A DNA stretch of 63,982 nt, counting the filler, from an uncultured Clostridia bacterium (GTDB lineage: Bacteria; Aerophobota; Aerophobia; Aerophobales; B3-G15): assembly GCA_964482715.1 (NCBI GenBank). It is 4 parts of 4 records of this genome, joined end to end, with 100 filler letters (N's around TTAATTAATTAA, not from the genome) between each part and the next. Parts side by side here need not be neighbours in the genome. Positions count along the whole stretch, not along the records: positions 1 to 17,648 come from CAYZYX010000034.1; 3 more parts are not named here. The stretch is one strand, 5' to 3'. Both the position numbers and the translations under genes were made by a program. Below, in pieces: positions 1 through 10,297 of this stretch. How positions within the stretch are numbered: the stretch's first letter is position 1; every line of letters begins with the position of its first letter. The notes under the pieces are model-generated. The model ran no database searches and had not been told where the DNA came from. It saw nothing but the letters and a program-made list of their open reading frames with translations.

Positions 1-414
1 TATATTATACTATCTGTAAAAGACTTTCCCCTGACAAAGGGGCCACTATTCCTCCTGGATAAGGACATTTCCCAAAGTGCATTTAAGGCTCATATAAAAG
101 TTATTTTTGATGTGATAGTAGATTTTTCTTGAGCTGGCCAGTTAAATCCTATGCGAGTCCTGTATTAATCCTTAAAATTAAGGACAATAATGGAATTTAG
201 CTTATTTTCCCCTGGTTTTTTGAAAGAGCAAAGGTAGTGAGGAGAATTTTTTTAAATTTTCTCCTCAAGTATATCTTCCTTATCTTGGAGGTAATTTACA
301 GAAAATTTTGGACTTGACAATAAATTTTTTATGGAAAGCTTATGAATAAAAGTTTAAAGAGAGATAATTTTGGAGAAATTAGGATTTTTTTGAGGAAACT
401 GGAAAGCATAAGAC

Positions 415-443
415 TTGACAGCAGGCTGAGTAACTGTTAAAAT
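415..443 (+). promoter_or_regulatory. sigma70-type promoter of the peptide ABC operon
   Basis: TTGACA(415-420)-17 bp-TAAAAT(438-443) with TG extended -10; SD AAGGAGG precedes ATG 478. Confidence 0.7.
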
Positions 444-477
444 TGCCCTCAAATCGATTTAATAAGGAGGTAGGAAA

Positions 478-2031
478 ATGAGGAAAAGAAGGAGGGGAGT
501 AAGAGGTATTACAGTTTTTTTATCGCTGGTTTTTCTCTTTCTAACCACAGGCACTCTTTTTGCTTCTCCTGCAAAACCCATAGTTCTGGGTACTACCGAT
601 AAAATCACAGTCCTCGATCCGGCTAAAACTTATGACTTTTACACCTGGGAGATCTTTCAGAATATTGGAGAGGGTCTCTTAAAGTATAAGCCAGGTACTA
701 CCCAGCTTATGCCAGGAATTGCCAAATCTTACGAGATAAGCTCAGATGGGCTTGAATACACTTTTAAATTGCGGGAAGGATTAAAATTTACCGATGGGCA
801 GCCTCTGGATGCTGCAGCAGTAAAATGGTCCATCGACAGGGTTATGAAATTAGACCTGGATCCATCATGGTTGGTTTCTGCTTTTGTAGATCGAGTGGAA
901 GTGGTAGATACCTATACGGTAAAGTTCATATTAAAAGAACCTGTTTCCTTTTTTCCCGCTCTGGTGGCAACCACACCTTATTTTCCAGTAAGTTCCAAGT
1001 CTTACCCTGAGGACAGGGTTGCTGAGCCAACTGCAGGACACTACGGGCCGTACAGAATTAAAAAATGGACAAGAGATGTGGAACTTGTTCTGGAGGCAAA
1101 TCCGGATTATTATGGCCCGGCACCAAAATCCGAGCTTTTTGTGGTGAAGTTTTATAAAAATGCTGCTACTATGAGACTTGCTGTGGAAACAGGAGAGATT
1201 GATGTTGCCTGGAAAAGTCTAAGACCTATTGACATAGTTGACCTCAAGAACAAAGGGAAACAGAAGATTTTGGAAGCACCAGGTCCTTACATCCGCTATA
1301 TTGTTTGCAGATGTAATAAGCCACCATTTGATGATGTTCGTCTGAGGAGAGCCGTTGCTGCTGCTGTTGATCGACAGAGAATATGTCAGGAAGCTTATAA
1401 GGGGATGGTTAAACCGCTTTACAGTATGGTTCCCATGGGAATGTGGAGTCATATAGACGCCTTTGAAGAAGAATATGGTGAGCGCAATCTTGATTTGGCT
1501 AAGAAGCTTTTAACTGAGGCGGGATTCAGTGAAGATAATCCTTTTGAGCTTGAACTCTGGTATACTCCAACCCATTATGGTGACCTGGAAGCCGATGTCG
1601 CAGCAATCATTAAAGAAAGTCTTGAAGAAACCGGGATGATGAAAGTTACACTTAAGAGTGCTGAGTGGGCCACCTATGCTGCCAAATACATAGCTGCCGG
1701 AACTATGCCCATTTTCCTTCTGGGCTGGTATCCAGATTATATAGATCCTGATGATTACACCAGCATATTTCTCCATTCCAAATGGTCACCAGACATGGGT
1801 GTATTTTACAGTAACCCGACAATGGATGAATTTCTTGACAGGGCAAGAACCGAAATCTCTCTGGAAAAGAGGACCGAGCTTTATGTAAAGATTCAGAAGC
1901 TTATGGCCAAGGAAGCCCCGGTTATACCTCTTTTTCAGGGTATCCTAACTGCGGCAACTCAGCCTGACATAAAGGGTGTGGTGTTAGATCCGGTTATGCT
2001 GCTCAAATACTATCTTATATACCGGGAATAG
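478..2031 (+). CDS. ABC transporter peptide-binding protein (family 5, DppA/OppA-like)
   Basis: Signal peptide; LDPA, YTFKLREGLKFTDG, GPYRI and DVRLRRAV motifs typical of SBP family 5. Confidence 0.9.
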   Translation: MRKRRRGVRGITVFLSLVFLFLTTGTLFASPAKPIVLGTTDKITVLDPAKTYDFYTWEIFQNIGEGLLKYKPGTTQLMPGIAKSYEISSDGLEYTFKLREGLKFTDGQPLDAAAVKWSIDRVMKLDLDPSWLVSAFVDRVEVVDTYTVKFILKEPVSFFPALVATTPYFPVSSKSYPEDRVAEPTAGHYGPYRIKKWTRDVELVLEANPDYYGPAPKSELFVVKFYKNAATMRLAVETGEIDVAWKSLRPIDIVDLKNKGKQKILEAPGPYIRYIVCRCNKPPFDDVRLRRAVAAAVDRQRICQEAYKGMVKPLYSMVPMGMWSHIDAFEEEYGERNLDLAKKLLTEAGFSEDNPFELELWYTPTHYGDLEADVAAIIKESLEETGMMKVTLKSAEWATYAAKYIAAGTMPIFLLGWYPDYIDPDDYTSIFLHSKWSPDMGVFYSNPTMDEFLDRARTEISLEKRTELYVKIQKLMAKEAPVIPLFQGILTAATQPDIKGVVLDPVMLLKYYLIYRE

Positions 2032-2047
2032 AAGGTTTATTTCAGGA

Positions 2048-2086
2048 AGTGAAATCCCCCCTCTTCTGAAGAGGGGGGATTTCACT
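2048..2086 (+). terminator. Perfect 19-bp inverted repeat between SBP and permease genes (mRNA stabiliser/partial terminator)
   Basis: AGTGAAATCCCCCCTCTTC-T-GAAGAGGGGGGATTTCACT. Confidence 0.7.
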
Positions 2087-2088
2087 AT

Positions 2089-3105
2089 GTGAGGATGGCA
2101 TCCCTTAAAGTTTACATTGTAAGAAGGATATTGCTTGCTATTCCCATGGTTTTTATACTTCTGGGAATAGTCTTTTTGATAATGAGGGTAGCTGGTGATC
2201 CGGTAAGTGCCATACTTGGTGGCCATGCCCCTCAAGAACAGATCCAACAGATAAAAGAACAGCTTGGTCTTAACAGGCCACTTCTGATTCAGTTTTTTGA
2301 TTATCTCGGTCAGCTCCTGAGAGGAAATCTGGGTCGATCTTTAATCTGGGGACAAAGGCCTGTAATAAACGAAATATGGGACCACTTTCCAGCAACACTT
2401 GAACTTTCTGTTTGTTCTTTTATCATAAGTGTAATTATTGGTATTTTTACCGGAATGATTGCCGCTACCCATCCAAACAAACCTCTGGATCATACCTTTC
2501 GACTTTATGGCATCATTACCTATGGACTTTTCATACCCTGGATTGGAATAATGTTTCAACTCCTTTTTGGAGTTTATCTTGGTCTTTTACCCATTGGTGG
2601 ACGAATAGGGACCCTTATGGAACCAAAGATTATTACCGGTCTGTATATTCTGGATGGTCTACTTACTCTTGATTTTGACAGTTTAGCAAGTGCTATAAAA
2701 CATTTAATTTTACCTTCCTTAACTTTAGGAATTTATCTTTCCGGTATCTATACGCGTCTTACTCGCACTCATTTAATGGAAATTCTGGAAAAGGACTTTA
2801 TAAAAGCTGCCAGAGCAAGAGGACTTCCTGAAAAAGTGGTCATCTATAGACACGGATTAAAAAACGCTTTTATTCCAATACTTACCATGATGGGACTGCA
2901 ATTTGCATTGCTTCTTGTAGGAGCAGTTCTCACTGAAATAACCTTTTCCTGGCCCGGGATGGGGAGTCTCCTGTTTGAAAGGATAACCTACCGGGATTTT
3001 ACCACCGTTCAGGGGACAGTTGTTTTTTTCGCCCTGATAGTAGTAACCGTAAATCTACTGGTTGATATTGTTTATGCTTATATTGATCCACGAATAAGGT
3101 ATTAA
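2089..3105 (+). CDS. dppB: Peptide ABC permease DppB/OppB-like
   Basis: GDP, LGLNRPL, FPATLEL, EAA loop ARARGL, C-terminal DPRIRY. Confidence 0.88.
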   Translation: MRMASLKVYIVRRILLAIPMVFILLGIVFLIMRVAGDPVSAILGGHAPQEQIQQIKEQLGLNRPLLIQFFDYLGQLLRGNLGRSLIWGQRPVINEIWDHFPATLELSVCSFIISVIIGIFTGMIAATHPNKPLDHTFRLYGIITYGLFIPWIGIMFQLLFGVYLGLLPIGGRIGTLMEPKIITGLYILDGLLTLDFDSLASAIKHLILPSLTLGIYLSGIYTRLTRTHLMEILEKDFIKAARARGLPEKVVIYRHGLKNAFIPILTMMGLQFALLLVGAVLTEITFSWPGMGSLLFERITYRDFTTVQGTVVFFALIVVTVNLLVDIVYAYIDPRIRY

Positions 3106-3113
3106 TTAAATCA

Positions 3114-3989
3114 ATGATAGACGTAAAATACTCTCTTTCAAAACATATTGTTTCTGGAATCAGAGCTATTTTTCCAAGGAGAACTGCTGAGTATTTCGCT
3201 CTTATTGGACTTATTCTGATTCTGTCTATTATTGTAATGGCTATTTTTGCTCCTCTTATTGCCCCTTATAATCCCATAAAAAAAGTGGGAGACATTCTTG
3301 AAAGACCCAGCAATAAGTTTATTCTGGGGACAGATGGTCTGGGTAGAGACATATTAAGCAGGATCATTTTTGGAGCAAGAACAGCCATTCTGGTAACTTT
3401 TCTTGCTATAAGCATTTCCCTTTCTGTTGGTGTTTTTCTGGGACTTCTGTCTGGTTACATCGGAGGTAAATTTGACAGTGTTTTCTCTTTGATTATGGAT
3501 GCAGTATATTCCTTCCCCGGCCTAATACTGGCTATAGTTCTTACTGCTATGTTAGGTCCGGGAATAGTGAATACCGCAATAGCCATAGCGGTTATTTATA
3601 CTCCCACTTATTTTAGAATGGTGAGAGGACTTGTTCTCTCCTTAAAGGAAAGCCTTTTTGTGGAAGCGGCAAGAGCTATAGGCGCCAGAGATAGAACCAT
3701 AGTTTTCAAATATATCTTTCCCAACGTTATCTCTTCTGTTCCTATAGTTCTCTCACTTAATGCCGCTGATGCTGTTCTTACCCTTGCTGCCTTGAGTTTT
3801 CTTGGACTTGGTCTCCCCGCTCCAACACCTGACTGGGGATTTGACCTTAAAGCGGGGCATGCCTATCTTGCGGCAAAAATCTGGTGGCCAAGTACATTCC
3901 CTGGTTTGATGATCGTGATTCTTACTCTGGGTTTCAGTTTGCTGGGAGAAGGTATAAACGAGTTGCTTAATCCTGAGTTAAGGAGATAA
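3114..3989 (+). CDS. dppC: Peptide ABC permease DppC/OppC-like
   Basis: LGTDGLGRDILSR, FVEAARAIGA, LSFLGLG..PDWG. Confidence 0.88.
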   Translation: MIDVKYSLSKHIVSGIRAIFPRRTAEYFALIGLILILSIIVMAIFAPLIAPYNPIKKVGDILERPSNKFILGTDGLGRDILSRIIFGARTAILVTFLAISISLSVGVFLGLLSGYIGGKFDSVFSLIMDAVYSFPGLILAIVLTAMLGPGIVNTAIAIAVIYTPTYFRMVRGLVLSLKESLFVEAARAIGARDRTIVFKYIFPNVISSVPIVLSLNAADAVLTLAALSFLGLGLPAPTPDWGFDLKAGHAYLAAKIWWPSTFPGLMIVILTLGFSLLGEGINELLNPELRR

Positions 3990-3992
3990 AGG

Positions 3993-4961
3993 GTGCAGAC
4001 CCTTCTTGAAGTCAGGAATTTGAAGGTCTACTATTACCTGGAAGACGGAATAGTCAAAGCCGTTGATGGGGTCAATTTTTTTATAAGAAAGGGGGAAACT
4101 GTAGGCCTGGTGGGAGAATCAGGTTCAGGAAAATCAACTTTTGGCCTGTCTTTATTGAGATTGGTTCCTACACCGGGTAAAATAGTTGGTGGACAAATAT
4201 TATTTAACGGAACAGATCTTGCACGAGTTGAGGAAAGAAGAATACGACTTCTTAGAGGGAAACGAATTTCGATGGTTTTTCAGGATCCCATGACTTCCTT
4301 AAATCCTCTCATGAGAATTGAGGAACACTTAATGGAGACAATAAGAATTCAGGAAAGGCTTACTCAGAAAGAGGCCGAACGAAGAGTAAAAACTCTTTTA
4401 AGTGAAGTTGGAATTCCGCCGGAAAGGGGTAAGGACTATCCACATCAGTTCAGTGGAGGTATGAGGCAGAGAGTGGGAATAGCGCTGGGAATCGCTCTAA
4501 ATCCGGATTTGCTTATAGCCGATGAGTTTACATCAGCTCTTGATGTAATAGTTCAATTTCAGATTTTGAGTCTTATGAAAAAACTGCGGGCTTCTCATAA
4601 TATGGCCATGATTTTTATTTCCCATGATATAAGTCTTGTGTCTGAGATTGCTGATAAAATTGCTCTCATGTACGCCGGTCAGATAGTTGAGTTTGCACCG
4701 GCAGTGGCCTTTTTTGAGGAACATCTTCATCCGTATTCCCGGGGACTTTTAGATTCGGTTCCCAATATTGAACTTTCTGATCAGACCTTAAGTTACATTC
4801 CCGGGATGCCTCCAGATCTTATCAATCCTCCATCTGGCTGTAGATTTTATCCCCGTTGTCCTGAAGCTGAAGATAAATGCAGGGAAAAAGATCCTCCTTT
4901 AATTGAGGTCAAACCGGAATACTGGGTAAAGTGTTTCAAATATGAAAGAAAAAGACGTTGA
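3993..4961 (+). CDS. dppD: Peptide ABC ATPase DppD/OppD
   Basis: [17 protein letters not shown]-terminal [11 protein letters not shown] oligopeptide-ABC domain. Confidence 0.9.
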   Translation: MQTLLEVRNLKVYYYLEDGIVKAVDGVNFFIRKGETVGLVGESGSGKSTFGLSLLRLVPTPGKIVGGQILFNGTDLARVEERRIRLLRGKRISMVFQDPMTSLNPLMRIEEHLMETIRIQERLTQKEAERRVKTLLSEVGIPPERGKDYPHQFSGGMRQRVGIALGIALNPDLLIADEFTSALDVIVQFQILSLMKKLRASHNMAMIFISHDISLVSEIADKIALMYAGQIVEFAPAVAFFEEHLHPYSRGLLDSVPNIELSDQTLSYIPGMPPDLINPPSGCRFYPRCPEAEDKCREKDPPLIEVKPEYWVKCFKYERKRR

Positions 4962-5937
4962 GTTGGAAGTTGTCGGGTTAAAAAAATACTTCCCTGTACA
5001 AAAAAGTTTTCTGGAAAGGGTATTTTCAAGAAAGCTTGAGTACGTGCAGGCTGTTAATGGAGTGTCTTTCAGAGTAAAAAGAGGGCAAGTATTCTCTCTG
5101 GTGGGTGAAAGTGGCTGTGGAAAGACAACCACTGGACGGCTTATTGTTCGCCTTATCGATCCTACAGATGGAAGGATCTTTTTTAAAAATGAAGAAGTTA
5201 CCTCCTGGCAGGGAGAAAAATTGAGAGAATTTCGAAAGTTTGTGCAGATAATATTTCAAAATCCTTATGCTTCCTTGAATCCGAGAATGAAAATAGGCGA
5301 AGCTGTAGGACATCCTCTGGAAATTCACAGGCTGGCAACCGGGGAGCAGAAAAAAAGACTCGTCGTCCAAATACTGGAGAAGGTGGGTTTAGAACCGGCT
5401 GAGAAATTTTACAATCTTTACCCTTTTGAACTTAGCGGTGGCCAGAGACAGAGAGTAGCCATAGCTCGTGCCATGATATTAAACCCAGAGCTGGTTGTAG
5501 CTGATGAGCCTATTTCGATGATTGATGTATCACTTAGAGCAAAGATACTTGAGCTTATGCTTTCTCTAAAGAACGAGAGAAATTTAACTTATGTTTTTAT
5601 CACCCATGATCTGGCTGTGGCAAAATATATCTCTGACTGGATAGCCATCATGTATCTGGGTGAGATAGTTGAAATAGGAAGAAAGGAAGATATTTTTTCA
5701 AATCCCTGTCATCCTTACACAAAGGCATTGCTGGCAGCTATACCTGTGCCCGATCCAAAAAAAGCCAAAAAAGAGATTCAATTAAAGGGTGAGGTCCCAA
5801 GTTCTATCAATCCTCCCTCTGGATGTAAATTCCACCCTCGATGTAACTTTGCAATGAAAAAATGCCGCAGTCTTGTCCCTTTGCTTCATCCTTTGAATAA
5901 AGATGGAAACCACCAGGTTGCCTGTCATTTATTTTAG
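4942..5937 (+). CDS. dppF: Peptide ABC ATPase DppF/OppF
   Basis: GESGCGKT, LSGGQRQR, HPYT..GCKFHPRC..VACH. Confidence 0.9.
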   Translation: MKEKDVELEVVGLKKYFPVQKSFLERVFSRKLEYVQAVNGVSFRVKRGQVFSLVGESGCGKTTTGRLIVRLIDPTDGRIFFKNEEVTSWQGEKLREFRKFVQIIFQNPYASLNPRMKIGEAVGHPLEIHRLATGEQKKRLVVQILEKVGLEPAEKFYNLYPFELSGGQRQRVAIARAMILNPELVVADEPISMIDVSLRAKILELMLSLKNERNLTYVFITHDLAVAKYISDWIAIMYLGEIVEIGRKEDIFSNPCHPYTKALLAAIPVPDPKKAKKEIQLKGEVPSSINPPSGCKFHPRCNFAMKKCRSLVPLLHPLNKDGNHQVACHLF

Positions 5938-5974
5938 TTTTATTTTTCTGGACTGTCTCCACCTGAAAGCATTT

Positions 5975-6427
5975 CTATAGAGCCTTATCCCCTTTACTTT
6001 CCTGCCTCTGGCTGAAGATTTTAAGTTCTTCCTCTCGCTGTTTTTTTAAAGCCTGTACCCCGTAGTAGCATTCCTGGGCATGTCTCAGGGCAAGTTCCGC
6101 CTCCTCTCTTCTAAATAAATATTCTGCACCAATTCCCAATCTCTCATAACCATATTTGGCTACAGTATAGAAACTTGACCAGAACCTTGAAAGTAAAAAT
6201 ATCCGGGCAACATCCTTGGGTGCGTTACCAAAAACTTTTACAAATTCTCCCTCTTCAAAACGGTGTTTCTTTGAATATTCCACTCCATATAGTAAAAATA
6301 GTGATTTTACCGAGAATTCTATACTTTCCTGACTGGAAGAAATTGATTTTGGATAGCTTAATCTATTCAGATTGTATTCTGCCTCCTCTAATTTATTTTT
6401 TGCTCGTCTTAAGAAACTATCTATCAT
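5975..6427 (-). CDS. HEPN domain protein
   Basis: All-helical 150 aa with the HEPN pattern (RAKNKLEEA...SQESIEFSVKS...KKH...AKYG...EEAELAL). Confidence 0.7.
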   Translation of the reverse strand: MIDSFLRRAKNKLEEAEYNLNRLSYPKSISSSQESIEFSVKSLFLLYGVEYSKKHRFEEGEFVKVFGNAPKDVARIFLLSRFWSSFYTVAKYGYERLGIGAEYLFRREEAELALRHAQECYYGVQALKKQREEELKIFSQRQESKGDKAL

Positions 6428-6513
6428 TGGCGTTATAAAACCAATTCAATTTTAAAAATTTAAAAAAACTGGCATTTTCTTTGATATTAATGCTATAACA
6501 CTGTTAGTCTATG

Positions 6514-7692
6514 TCAATGATGTACCTTTATTCTTTTTAACAGGAAAAACAGTATTATGGCGAGAAAAAGGGGGAATGTACTGATTCTCAGGGCACTGGA
6601 GAGATTAAGTCTGTCAGCAATGATCCCGGTAATTCCCGGAGCTATTGCTCCCACAATATAAGAAACGCAAAAAATAACACCATAAGCTCCACCTCTTGTT
6701 TTCTGAGGGGTACTTTCCGCCATATAAGTCTGTTGGGCCGGATATATTCCAGCATAGGAAATTCCGAAAAGAACAAGCATTGTTATAAGTAACAGGTAAT
6801 TTTTGGCCAGGGTTAGAAAAATTATTATTGGACCACCAATTAAAACAAAGATTATCAAACTATCAAGAGAAGATAGAAGATCGACCATTTTTCCACTTAT
6901 CAGTGCCCCAAAAAGACCGCCACCCACTACAATCAAAAAAGAGTAACTGGCAAAAGTCACATTGAAAGACCTCTCTTCAACAAGGTAAGTAGGGATAAAA
7001 TTCGCGACGGAATAATAGGTAATGGTAAAAAGAGTGTTAGCAAGAATGAAAACAACAAAAGTCAAAAATCTAACCTTTTCACGCTTTTCTTCCAGAAAGT
7101 ATTGGGGGTCAGATTCACTTCGCTGTCTTTTTTCTGTAATTAAATTTTTTAGAAATCTAAAAGAAATAGGAGCAAAGATAAAACCCGGAATTGAAAGAAC
7201 AAGTAGTACGGTTCTCCAGCTGGAAAATACCTTTAACAGGAAAGATATAAGTAAAACGACACTTAAAGTTCCTATCCATCCCCAGAACTGGAAAATACCC
7301 AGAACTGCTCCTCTTTTTTGCATGAAACTATTGGAAATCACAGCGATCATTGATGGGTGAAAGGCGCTTATTCCCACACCAAGCAATATTAAAGAGAGAA
7401 AAACATACCAGTAATTACCGCTAAAAGCACATAAAACAAGGGCTAAAGATCCAAGGAAGAAACCCCAGCTCAATATAAATCTTCTTCCCTTTCTGTCTCC
7501 AAGGTAGCCGGTTATGAGAGAACCGAAGGCTCCCATTATAGTATAAGAAGAAAGAAGAAGACCTGATTGAGCATAATTTAAGCTGAATTCTTCTTTTATA
7601 ATCGGCAAAAGCAGAGGAATAATAAACCAGTACATATCGTTAAAAACATGTCCTATAAGAGAAATTCGAAGTAATCTTCGAGATTGTGACAT
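6514..7692 (-). CDS. MFS transporter
   Basis: About 12 hydrophobic segments; GYLGDRKGRR MFS motif A; FHP and RGGAYG motifs. Confidence 0.88.
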   Translation of the reverse strand: MSQSRRLLRISLIGHVFNDMYWFIIPLLLPIIKEEFSLNYAQSGLLLSSYTIMGAFGSLITGYLGDRKGRRFILSWGFFLGSLALVLCAFSGNYWYVFLSLILLGVGISAFHPSMIAVISNSFMQKRGAVLGIFQFWGWIGTLSVVLLISFLLKVFSSWRTVLLVLSIPGFIFAPISFRFLKNLITEKRQRSESDPQYFLEEKREKVRFLTFVVFILANTLFTITYYSVANFIPTYLVEERSFNVTFASYSFLIVVGGGLFGALISGKMVDLLSSLDSLIIFVLIGGPIIIFLTLAKNYLLLITMLVLFGISYAGIYPAQQTYMAESTPQKTRGGAYGVIFCVSYIVGAIAPGITGIIADRLNLSSALRISTFPLFLAIILFFLLKRIKVHH

Positions 7693-7784
7693 TACAAATT
7701 TCCTTATAGTAGGGACAATTTTTTAAAAAATCTTACCGATTATATAATAAGGAAGGAATCTGGCAAGCCTCTCACATTAAGCTA

Positions 7785-9569
7785 TCAAGGTGAAACAACA
7801 ATTGCTTCTCTGGGACAGACTTGAGCACAATAACCACATCCCCGGCACAAAGTGGCATCTATCAGGATCTTATCATCTGTATTTTTATAAATAGCCGGGC
7901 ATCCAACCTTAAGACATCTTTCACACTCAACACACTTTGTCTCAACTATTCTGTAAGGAGTTTTTCTCTCTTTGGTAAGTAAAGCACAGGGATGTCTTGC
8001 AACAATGAGAGATGGAGCTTCTTTCTGTATTTCCTCTTTTATGGCATTTAGAGTTTCCTTGAAATTCAAAGGATTTACCACTCTGACATTTTCAATTCCA
8101 AAAGCCCTGGCAACATCCTCCGGATAGGTGGTATGAGTTTTTTCTCCCATTAAGGTTTTTCCAGTGCCGGGATGGTCCTGGTGACCGGTCATAGCAGTAA
8201 TTCGGTTGTCAACAACTATTATGGTAGATATACCTTGATTGTAAGATAATTCCAAAAGACCGGTCATTCCAGAGTGAAAAAAGGTGGAGTCACCCACAAT
8301 TCCAATGATGGGCTTTTCTCTATATCCTGCTTTGTCTATGCCCTGAGCTACCGTTATTCCTCCACCCATACAAAGGATGGTATCCATTCTTTCATATGGA
8401 GGGAAAACACCCAGGCTGTAACATCCTATATCTCCCGTTACCACACAATCAATTTTGGATAAAGCGTAAAAAAGACCCCTGCTTGGACAGCCAGGACAAA
8501 AAACGGGAGGTCTGGCAGGAAGGGTATTTATCAGAGATTCAATTTCTTCTCCTTCTTTTTGTATATTCTGCAGTTCAGTTTTATTTCCTTCCATCTTCAA
8601 TTTTCCAAGATATACCTTATCGGGATTGAGTTCTCCAATCCCGGGGAAAAACTCCCTTCCTCTTACCTTTATTCCGAGGCTTCTTATATGCTCCTCCAGA
8701 AAATCGTCAAGTTCCTCCACAACTATAATTTCTTTAAATTGTGAGGCAAATCTTTTAATGAGTCCATCAGGAAAGGGATATGAAAGACCCAGTTTTAATA
8801 TAGAGGCATCTTCAAACACCTCAGCAGCATATTGAAAAGCAATGCTGGAGGTTATTATTCCCAGCTTATTTCCTCGAGTAATTATCCTGTTCTGAGGACA
8901 GTGGTTAACATATTCCCGCAATTTGACGAGTCTTTCTTCCAGTCTTACCCTCATCTTTCTTCCGTATCTTGGCACAGGGACATATCTTTGAGGATTCTTA
9001 ACAAATTTAGGGGGTCTGGGATTAAAACTTCGGGGAATTATATTTACCGGTGTTCTGCAGTGAGAAATGCGGGTAGTAGAACGTAGAATAACCGGGGTCT
9101 TAAACTTCTCCGAAAGTTCAAAAGCAGCCATAACAAATTCTTTAGCCTCTTGACTGTCAGAGGGCTCAAATAAAGGAACTTTGGCAAATCGAGCGTAATT
9201 TCGAGAATCCTGTTCATTTTGAGATGAATGCATCCCTGGATCATCAGCAACCACTATCACAAGTCCACCTTCCACTCCAATGTAGGATAAAGTCATAAGA
9301 GGATCAGCAGCAACATTTAGTCCCACATGTTTCATAGCTACCAGTGATCTTGCTCCAGCGAATGATGCTCCGGCAGCAATTTCCAGTGCTACCTTTTCGT
9401 TGGGAGCCCATTCACAATAAACCTCGGCTTTGTACTGAGAAAGAGACTCCAGTACCTCTGTACTCGGGGTTCCTGGATAGGCAGCAGCTACACTAACTCC
9501 AGCCTCATAGGCTCCCCGGGCAATTGCCTCATTTCCACTTAACATAGCCCATTTCGAGTTATTTTCCAT
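7785..9569 (-). CDS. iorA: Indolepyruvate:ferredoxin oxidoreductase alpha subunit
   Basis: SGNEAIARG, YPGTPSTE, MKHVGLNVAADP, HSSQNEQD, CPGCP, GDIGCY, TPP motif GDSTFFHSG, C-terminal 2x[4Fe-4S]. Confidence 0.93.
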   Translation of the reverse strand: MENNSKWAMLSGNEAIARGAYEAGVSVAAAYPGTPSTEVLESLSQYKAEVYCEWAPNEKVALEIAAGASFAGARSLVAMKHVGLNVAADPLMTLSYIGVEGGLVIVVADDPGMHSSQNEQDSRNYARFAKVPLFEPSDSQEAKEFVMAAFELSEKFKTPVILRSTTRISHCRTPVNIIPRSFNPRPPKFVKNPQRYVPVPRYGRKMRVRLEERLVKLREYVNHCPQNRIITRGNKLGIITSSIAFQYAAEVFEDASILKLGLSYPFPDGLIKRFASQFKEIIVVEELDDFLEEHIRSLGIKVRGREFFPGIGELNPDKVYLGKLKMEGNKTELQNIQKEGEEIESLINTLPARPPVFCPGCPSRGLFYALSKIDCVVTGDIGCYSLGVFPPYERMDTILCMGGGITVAQGIDKAGYREKPIIGIVGDSTFFHSGMTGLLELSYNQGISTIIVVDNRITAMTGHQDHPGTGKTLMGEKTHTTYPEDVARAFGIENVRVVNPLNFKETLNAIKEEIQKEAPSLIVARHPCALLTKERKTPYRIVETKCVECERCLKVGCPAIYKNTDDKILIDATLCRGCGYCAQVCPREAIVVSP

Positions 9570-9592
9570 AATTTATTTCCCCTCCAAGAAGT

Positions 9593-10297
9593 TCAAGTCA
9601 AAAGGATTTCTTTAATACCGCTTTGAGAAATAAAATCTTCAGGTTTTCCCTGAGCTACTATTTCCCCAACTCGCATGAAATAAACATAATCTGCGATTTC
9701 CAGAGCCTCGGTGTTCTGGTCTATAAGTAAAATGGCTTTTTCTTTTTGTTTAAGAAGCATAATCACCTCAAAGATTTTGTCAATGACTTTGGGAGCTATT
9801 CCGCTGCAGGGTTCATCCAGGATAAAGACATTTGTCTTTTCATTGACTAAAGCTCTTGCTATGGCAAGCATCTGTTGTTCTCCACCCGATAAAGTCTTCA
9901 CCCGCTGATTAGAGCGCTCCTCCAGGATGGGGAAAAGCTTATAAACTCTCTTAAGTGCTTTTTCAATCTGCTTTTTGTTAAGGGTTATTCCACCCATTAA
10001 AAGATTTTCTCTGACAGTCATATCCCAGAATAAATGTCTGTCCTCCGGAACATAAGATACACCGATTCTGGCTATTTTTTCAGCACTTAATCCATCTATA
10101 CGCGAGCCATTAAGCCAGATACTTCCTTTTTTGACGGGAAGGATGCCAACAGCCGCCTTTGCCAACGTGCTTTTACCTGAACCATTAGGACCTACCAGAA
10201 GGGTCACTTTCCCTGAAAGTATTTTAAGACTCAGATTTTCAATAACTCTTATTTTTCCATAGCCAGTAGTAATTTCTCTTATTTCTAAACAAGACAT
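9593..10297 (-). CDS. livF: Branched-chain amino acid-type ABC ATPase LivF
   Basis: GPNGSGKS, VPEDR, LSGGEQQMLAIARAL. Confidence 0.85.
   Translation of the reverse strand: MSCLEIREITTGYGKIRVIENLSLKILSGKVTLLVGPNGSGKSTLAKAAVGILPVKKGSIWLNGSRIDGLSAEKIARIGVSYVPEDRHLFWDMTVRENLLMGGITLNKKQIEKALKRVYKLFPILEERSNQRVKTLSGGEQQMLAIARALVNEKTNVFILDEPCSGIAPKVIDKIFEVIMLLKQKEKAILLIDQNTEALEIADYVYFMRVGEIVAQGKPEDFISQSGIKEILLT

Noticed and set aside
1-414. Non-coding left end as an ncRNA
   Set aside because: AT-rich, with no recognisable motif or strong structure beyond promoter-like hexamers
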